From: a virus
Lineage: Duplodnaviria > Caudoviricetes
Length of the DNA stretch: 34,542 nt
Virus record (IMG/VR): IMGVR_UViG_3300037634_005735
Location: 1-34,542 of that record
Strand: one strand, 5' to 3'
The notes below the pieces were generated by a model, which made no database searches, was not told the DNA's origin, and saw only the letters and a program-made list of their open reading frames with translations. A program made the position numbers and the translations under genes. This document shows, piece after piece, positions 18,101-27,100 of this stretch. Each line of letters starts with the position of its first letter. The first letter of the stretch is position 1.

Positions 18101-21100
18101 GAACTCAGGAGTTCCGGGCTGCCCCAGCTTTTCCGCCGACTCAAAGACCCTCCTCCTGATCTCGTCGTCGCCCTGTGACTTTCTCTCTGCGGAGGCCCCA
18201 GTCTTCCACTGAGGGAAGTTCTGCGCGATGAATGTCTCTTCGTAGATTTCCTGAGAAACGTCATATGCGTTCCGGACCTCTGGGGTTTCCCCCACCTTGG
18301 CCCTAGAGGGGTCGCCCTTGACGACTTTCTCCCCAGCAGCATTCCTAGAGTCTCTTTTCTTGAACAACTTGAGGCGCTCCCGAAGGGTCTTGCCTCTTTT
18401 GTCCATTCTCCCCTTGGCCCTTTCCGCGCCCTCCTCGGAGTCTTTTGGCCCCCTCTGGAGGGTGGGTCCTACAGTCCCCCCTCCCGTTTCCTGATCGAGG
18501 TCATCTTTCCCCTTATCCGAGACATCTGGCTTTCTAGCGCGATCATCTCCCTTTCTGCTTCTTTGCGGCCTGTCAATTCTAAGGCCGTATCCTTTAGCAC
18601 CTTGCCCAGTAATAAATGCCTCCGCCTCTTCTTCATCAAAGTCTTGTTCAAACCTTTCATAGTAGTCGTGTAGTGTGTCTGTTTTCTCTTTTGATTTCCT
18701 TCTCAGGACATCAATATCGTTGGTTCCCAAAATGTCTGCCACCGTTGCAAACCCTTGCAAGGAGGTTGCAAGTCCACCAGCAGAAAACGTGAGCCCCCTT
18801 GCAAGCTCCTGCCCCTCGCTGTTGATGTCTTGATGCAGCCCTTCGTGCAAGGCGACCCCCCCCACCTCGTCCAGAAACAACTGGTATAGGCCTATGTGAT
18901 AGTTTTCCTCCACGCCTCCAGCTACCTCAATGATCTCCTCCATGCTATGGGTGTCTCGTACATGCCACAATGTTGACAGCGGATCATGGTAAATGACGGT
19001 AGGGGGGGCATTCATCGGCTGGTCAGCCTTGGTCTGCTCGTCTGTAATATACGATATAGGAAGGTGAAGTCCGTATGCGTTGGTCCCAACTGCAAACCCG
19101 GCAAATCCCGCCCTGCCAAATTGCTCGTTACTTTGGTATCTCGTCGCGAGATACTTCAGGACCCTTCCTTGGACCTGATAGTAATCCTCTGCAATATCGG
19201 CAACCAGTGGGTCAGTCGCGAACTCTTCAACAAGTTCGGAGTCAAGAGTCCCCGACAAATCTAGAAAATGAAACTCGCCGGGAACGGCTGCGTCTCTGGG
19301 ATCTTGCCCCCACTCCTTGACGGCGGCGTACCGAGCAAACTTTTCCGCCTCCACGCCATACTGCTCTTCATTGCGCCACGGCCTGCGAATAAGAGCAGTG
19401 TCCCCTCTGCGGTCTATCCACTTCTGACGCCTTTGGATGTAAGCCATTTGGGACAGCTTGCCCATGAATAGCTCGATTTCGTCTTTGACCTCTTTCGAGA
19501 CAGAGTTTCTGTCGAGGCTAAACGGGTAACCTGCCTCCCCGGCGTCAACTTTCGATCTTATATTGATCGCAATGCCACTAACTGGGACAAGGGCCTCCTG
19601 ATCCACGCCAACAGCAAAATTTTCTTCAAATTGATAGATTGTTCTATTGAGTATTTTGCCCGTAACCGCGTTGCTTTGATGCTTCTTGTCCCCGTCCTTC
19701 GCGAGAATTTCTATCTCAAACAGGTCCGTTTCAATGTTCCCGTCCTCAATCACGACCCAGTCTTCGTCAGGATAACTCGCTTCGTGCGCCGCGTATCCAC
19801 TGGGCTTCCATCTCGCTATGCCAGCGAAATCACTAATCGATGGCCCCTTTAGCGCCCCGCTCCAATCTGTCTCAATTTGTTTGATGATTGGGCCGCCGGG
19901 ACCGGGGAAGTTCTCCTGAATACGTTCTTTATGTGCCTCGATTCCAGCAATGACGTATTTCCTTGTTATCTCTAGTGCCGCCTCTGGCGAGTAGTCATCA
20001 AACCAACTCCTCGGGGAAAGGCCGGGGTCTATGGGGGTGCTCGCGGGAGAAGTCGCCCCTTGTTCTACATACCCGGCGTCCTCGTATTCCCTCCCGACCC
20101 TGAGTGTGGGAGTTAGCTTTGCCGCGCCCTCTACAAAGGCAGTGGCGTTAGTCCAACCCCTCCCCCACTTTTCGTTAGCCTTGTCATTCGCATTCGGGAA
20201 TCCCAAAACATATGCCGTCCCCGTGTCGCCACCCTCAGGGGCATGGCTCACGGTCAACTTCATGCCCGGAAGGATTTCTGTTTCGTTCCCGGGCTCCAGC
20301 ATATTTTCTGGAGTTTCTATTCTCCCACGGGTTAAGTAATCCTCGTATGCGCCGGGGCCTAGTTCCAGTTGCGTCAGAATCCTCTCGCCTTTTTCGTTTT
20401 CGTTGATCGTGGACACCCTGACATTGTTGGGGCCCATCAGGAAAACGAGCTTTGCAATCCCAAACCCGCCGCCTTCTCCAACGCCCTTGCCCGAAACGAA
20501 GGCAGGGAGGAATTTCGTCCATACAAGTTCAGGAGACATTCCCACCCCATTGTCGGACATCGCGAATAGATTCCCTGCATAGGCGTCTCCATTCTTGTCC
20601 ACCAATTGCACCTTGCCACTGTCTTGCCACGCGAACCCTCCCTGATTGACCAAAATCGTGGGGTGGTAGGCCTCAAACCCTTTGGGGAAATCTCCAAAGT
20701 CAGCACTTGCCTTCCAGTTTCTGACCATGTTTTCCACAAGGACCTCGTCTTGAATACCCGCCTTCAGAGCATCTGCGCGAACAAACTCTTCTATCCTATC
20801 GTGCAACTTGGCCTCTTCTGCGGCCTTCTTCTTCATGACGGCATCCACAGAGTTCTGGAAAAGCTCTTTGCCCAAAGTCCCAGTGGGGTCGGTGCCATAC
20901 ATATTGGCGCCAACCAGCTTCAACATTCTCTTTATGTCGAAGGTGGAGGACTCCTTCAGGTCCGCTGGCTTGTCTGCGTCAGCGTCATCAATTCCTCGCT
21001 GCAATGCCGGGGCATTGATGCGCGGCACGATCTTCCTGAAGTCAGCCTCCAGTTGCTTGTCTAGTTTTCGGGACTTCAGGAATTCCCCCAGATGGGTGGG

Positions 21101-24100
21101 CCACGTTAATTGGTCATGAAAGCGCCCCCAGTGACGCCCGATCATGAGATCAAATGCAACGGCCTTCCCGTTCTCTATTGTGAAATTATTCGACCCTGCG
21201 TCACCAATGCTCAGATCCTCTGAGGGATCGTAAAAATTATATGCGTCAATAGGGATCATCCCTATATCGATCATATGCAATACCAGTTTCCCCTGCTTGA
21301 GGACCTTGCCCTTGCGCTCTAGGCTTTCATAGTCGGGAGCTACGGGCCCCAACACATCCGAGTCTTCTTGCGAGTATGGCTGCCTGACATGTGCATGGAG
21401 CTTTCCGTTCTTAACTATGAACCCAAGAAGCTCGTATGTCGCTTCGGGGAAATAGTGGTTGTGCCATATAAGCCTATTGAAATACTCCAAGAAGGAATCG
21501 TCGCCATGGAATACCTTCTCTACATACTTCCCCTTGTGGATAACCCAGTTCTCGTATCCACCCATCCCCACCGCTGCATGGTCGTGGAAAAATCGAGCCG
21601 AATCGTTGATGAGGTCATTATCCTTTGCCCATCGCTTCAGGAGCTTCCCTTCGACCTTTTTGACCCCCGGGTAGGCATACATTCTGGTTTTGGGGTCAAC
21701 CCCCGCCGCCCTCAGGACCCCATTAAACGCTTCGTCTGTTTCGTAAAGTCCTCTAAGGTGGGCGTAGGCTTCTTCGCCCGACTTGCCGATAGTTCCGAGG
21801 CTCTTTTCAAGGACTTCTTGTGACGGTCCCGCCTCCGTTTGGCGAATTCCCGTGATGGTGAGTTCCTTCTCGCGCTGAAGGGTGGGGGTGCTTTGTCCTC
21901 GTCCTCGTCCTCGGGGCCCCTTAGTTCTTGGAGCGCGACCCGTGGCAGGGACCAGTCTAGTCCCATCTTTTTGAGGCTTCTCTGCACCCTTTTTAGTTTC
22001 TGGATCTCGCTTTCCGACAAACCATTCAGGATAGAGGGATCGACTTCTCCCGGTGATGATTTTTCTTGCTCTGGCATTGCTGTTATTCTGCCACGTTTTG
22101 GTGGCCTCAGCTAGATGATTCGGTTTTTTTTCTCCGCTGGGATGGATAAGGCGGATTCCCTCCCAAGCGATTGACTGCATTTGCCGTGGCTGGATACCCC
22201 TGCGGCGAGCGGCCTCTCTGTATGCATCAGCATACAAATGATACAGCCCCGAAACTCCCTCAACTGCCGAGCCTGCCGCTCCCTTGCCGCCGAAGTTGTG
22301 TTCCACCGCAAGTGCTGTTATCCCCCACGGCATCAAGTGCGCTGCCGCCACCGCGTGAGTGTCCATGGTGACATCTCCCATCGGGCTATTAGGCGCGACT
22401 ATGTTGTTAAAGAAACTCCGGACCTTGTGTTCGGCTCCGAGAATCCTGTTAAGGTTTTCAAGGCTCCCATTCTTTAGAATTGAAATTGCATCTGCAAGTT
22501 GGGCGGCAGACCCCCAGCCATGCGTCGAGGGGGTTCCTTCTTCCCCGGATCGCAATTGAGCTTGTGTGGGGCTGTTTCTTTGGACATGCAAAATATCCCC
22601 CTCCGGGGTCATCACATCGTATTCGGCCCCCCAGTGGTGATCAGCCAGCAATCTCAGGGCCCACGCTTGAGCTTCCGCGTCTATTTTCCCTAGCTGGTTG
22701 ATGGTGTAACCATAAAGGCCCTCCATGATCACACGCCTATCATCCCTCTTCATCTCATCAAGCCTCCTGTTATAGGCTTGCCGCAGTGATGTTTGCCTCG
22801 GCGTCTCGCCATCACGCACTTTCTTCCTTGCCGACGGTGCCGCCTGCGCCTTGGCGATCATTCTCTCTATGGCTTCCCCATGAACCTTGGGGTCTATCGC
22901 CTCGTTCCGGTTATTCGCCCAAATATCAATAACCTTCTTGGCCTGTGCCGCGTTCTTGAACCAGTTATTCTTCGGGGAAAGAGATGCAATGACGCCAGCA
23001 ACCTGAACCTTGGTGTATCCGTATCTCTTTGCTAGGCGATTTGCAAGTTTGCTGGCCCCGTCATACCAATGCGATGCCCTTTCTCTTACTTCCGTTGGCA
23101 GGGCGTCATGAACGGCCAAGATATTTTCGACCATCCACTCAATTGCCTTTTCTCTCTTTCTGTGCGGATTCTTCTCTGACCGAATGCTTTGCGGGAGATG
23201 ATCGTAATCAAACGACTTCATGTGCGCCGTCAGGAGTTCCTCGCTCACCGACGCTATGCCAATGTTACTGCTGGCGTCCCGGCGCTTTCTGGAGGTCGTC
23301 GCCGTTTTCCTTGCAGTCCCAACGCGGAACCTGTCATTGCTTGCATTGGGCTTGGATGCGGCTGATTTCTGGAGGGAGAGACCGGATGTCAGCCTGCCTC
23401 TGATGGACTCCCACTCTGCCCCAAGATCAATTCCTGCGTAGAACTTGCCATCATGCTCAATAACCTTGGCGGAATTTCCATATATGGGCTTGTAGAGGTT
23501 TTCTACCAGCTTCTCGGCGGCGGCGCGTTTCTTGAATCCGGTTTGAGGCCTGCCATTAGGAAGCGCGAGGACCAAGTCCCTTTCGTCTACCGCAATGGCT
23601 CCATTGAGAAGATTTCTGTGTAACCGGGATACTAGCTCGGCATCAGCCCCCAAGGAATTCCCAACGATTTCGTTGTCTGCAAATAGCTCGGCAAAGGCTA
23701 CTCTCGCCTCGTCAGTGAGCTTATACCCTCCCTCCTTGGTTACGTCCTTATAGATGGCGTAAATGGCTGGGGCTAAGGTTGAAAAAGCTCCCTGTAGACC
23801 CGGTTCCGGAGACTTGCCTTCCTGCAAGAAGGCCTCAAGCCCTTCTGCCATTGTCTCGATAGGCCTTGAGGGATTGACCTCCTCTGCCCATGCGTTCATT
23901 TTGGCGGCATTTTGGGGCCCGATAGCCGCATCTAGAAGACTTCCTCTGGACGCGGGGTCCTGAATCTTCTGCAACACATGAACGAACTCATGCAGAAGAG
24001 TGGACGCGTCGCCTTTTTCAGAAAGGCCAATGTAAACCCTAGAGCCAGCGGGGTCTGCTTCGGCTATCCCCTTTACTTCAAGTTCGCTCTTGGCCCTTGT

Positions 24101-27100
24101 CTTCCGAACATATTCAGCATCTGCTTTTTTGTATTCGGTTTTTTGATCCTCTGTCGCCTTCTCTATCTTCTGGTCTACGTCTACCAGCTCCTTTTTGAGT
24201 TTGGCCACTTTGGGGTCAACTCCCCCCTCCCAGACAAGGGCAAGGCCCTCCGTTACAATTGCCGATATCTCTTCAGTTATCTGTTCTTTACGAGATACAA
24301 GCTGTTGCAATTTTTGTATCCCCTTTTCAGAAGGCCCTTTTCCGACCAAAGCCAAGAATCTGTCTTTGGCTCTTCGGAGTGCTGGGATGACTGCGGGGTT
24401 TCCATCTGCCACATCGGCGGTAATGGAGGTAACCATCCTACTGGCTGCCAAAGCCCTACGAGCGCGTTCCGTGAAGGTCGCGTTTTCCAGAACGGAGCTA
24501 AGGCTTTCATTTATATTTGTAACTTTTCCCAAGTAAGACTTAACCGCAGATTCAAGGGCGCCCGATCTTGCTTCTTCCCCGGCTTTAGAGGCTTTCACCC
24601 ACTCATCCACAAGGGAGGTAAACTCTCCGCCCACTTTTACTACGTTTACAAAGGCGTAGATAGTCTCTTTTGAGAGATCCGTCTTTGTTGACACTGCCGC
24701 GACCATCCCCTTGATGGCTTTCAGGACCATGTCCAGCTCGTCAACTGACAGGCGTCCCCTTACGACCTGCGAAGCGTACGCGGTTCTAGTTGCTTCATTA
24801 ACCGTGTCCTCATACTTGTGCGCGTTTTTCTCTCTCGCCTCTGCGCGAGTTGCAAAGGTTTGAGTTCGTCCCCCGGGGAGGGTTACTTCGTATTGGCCTC
24901 CCCGTAGCCTTCTAATATTTGGAGGAAGAACCACATCTTTGCGGTCTGTGATGCGGCTTTCTGGAACGGCCACGCCGAGATCGGCAAGAACTCTATCGCT
25001 TGTGTTCTCGGCAATGAGGGCCATCGCCATGCGCTCATAAAATTTCAACTCCTTCTCCAGCGTGGGGTTGCCAGCAATGATAGTTCTGATCCGGTCTAGG
25101 AACCTCCTGAGGTATTTGAGGAACAGGCCAAGGGGGCCATTTCTTACCGCTCCTCTGGCCGCCTTGCTTCTCCCCCCCTGCTTGATGGCCTGCCGCATCG
25201 TGGCCACTAATAGTGGGTCCGTGATTAGGTTTTCTACAAAGTAGCGAAGCACATCGGCATCAGAGGCGTCCTCGCCTTTCAGCGTCGCGCTCCTAGCCCT
25301 TTTGGCCATTAACTCTTGGGCCTTAGGCGGGAAGAAGTCAAAAAGGGCTTTGGCCTCTGCGTCAGAGAGAACCCCTTTGGTGCCCAACTTGGCAATGATT
25401 TCAATTTCTATCCTTCTCTGCTTCTGGTCAGACATTCCGTCCACCTTGGAGCTGAGAATTACATCTCCATCTTCCGTTATGACGTAATTTTTCCCTTTGG
25501 GAACGGGAGACTCCTCGGTCTCGGTTATAACCTTCCTAACTAGGCCAAACCCTTGCAACGCGGAGGCTACGTCCCTGCTCTCCTTTGGAGTCTTGGCGGC
25601 TGGCTTTTTCTTGGCTGGAGCGGTTTGGGTTGTTGGGGCGTCTCTGCCAATCTCCTCCACTGAGGACAAAGTCTCAGGGGCATTTATTTTGGCCGCCGCA
25701 GCATCCCCGGCCTCTGACTTGGTTTCCGCCTCTACTACAAACGTCTTGGTCTTCCCTCTGCCAACATTGATTGTGGCCCTCCACTTCTTCTTCCCTCCGG
25801 AGGGAGCGGCCTCTTCACCCGCGACAGGTTTTTCCCTAACGACAAATTCCCCGTCTTTTACTTCGACAACCTCGTAGAGGTCCTTGTCGATCTTGGGAGT
25901 CTTCCCACCGGAGAGCGTTCTTAGCCGAGTGTCTGCTTTTTGCCTAGTGTCATACGGCTCGCCTTTCGCATTTTTTATGACCTGTCTCCCTCCCTCAACG
26001 GAGACGCCCTTGACCTTGCTGGGGTCAGCAAGGCCCTCCCGCGCTTTCGGCGCTGCCTTTTCAGGCTTGGCCGCTTCCTCAGGCTTGGCCGCTTCCTCAG
26101 GCTTGGCCGCTTCCTCGGGCTTGGCTTCTTTGGGGGCAGGTTCGGCTGCTTCCTCCTTAGGTTCGGCTACCTTGGGTGCAGGTTCGGCTGCTTTGGGCGC
26201 AGGGGCCTCCCTGACTTGCTTGAGTCTGGCTTCCTCATTTAGAGATATTAAAAATTTGGCCGCATCGGGATCTAGCTGCCTAACCGTCCTTATCCCGTCC
26301 TCTGTAATTACAAGCTGGCCGTCTACCTCTCTAATAGCAGGATTCCCCTGCTCGTTTGTCGCTTTGTTTACCGCCCTGAACTCGGTTGAGGTTAGCTCGC
26401 TATCGTCATTAACCTTGCCGCTTGCAATTTTAAGCAAGCCCCGAGCCTGATGCACTTTGTCGATTTGGGCTTGCGCTTCCTCGACAAGGTTTTCGTTCCC
26501 TAGCTCAGAATAGTAGTTCCTGCTTCCAGCGGCGGATTCCTCTATGTTTTTGAGATTCTTGTGAGCCTCGATTGCAACTTGCAAGTTTTTGGCCGCAACG
26601 CCACCATCATTAGAGCCTTTCCCGGGGTTGAAGTTTATTAGCTCCAGCCCGGCCTCAACCTCCCCTTGGGTATATTCTGTTTTCCCAAAGACATCGCCAA
26701 GTGCCGCACGGGCAGTCTTGGGGTCAGAGAAGTTTTCTGCCGTCATCCCGGTTTGCCCGGCAGACATGGTCGCCCCCATGAATCCTCCAAGGACCAAACC
26801 AGCAACGCCAGCGTATGCTGATCGACCAAGGACCTCGGAAAACGAAGCGTCATCAAAGGATAGACTAGAGATGAGCTGATCGGAGAATTCTTCTGCGCCC
26901 TCGTAGAGGGAAGCGCCTGCGACGGACTTGACTGCTGATATGAACTTTTCTTTTCTTTTTGTCCCCTCGGCTCCAATGGCTCTCCAGAAATCTCTAACGG
27001 TCCACTGGTTTACTACTTTTGGTGCGAAAACCTTTTGAATGCCCGTAGTCCCAAAAGCCCTGACCACGCTCGCGGTAATCACCCCTGTAACCATCGCCCT

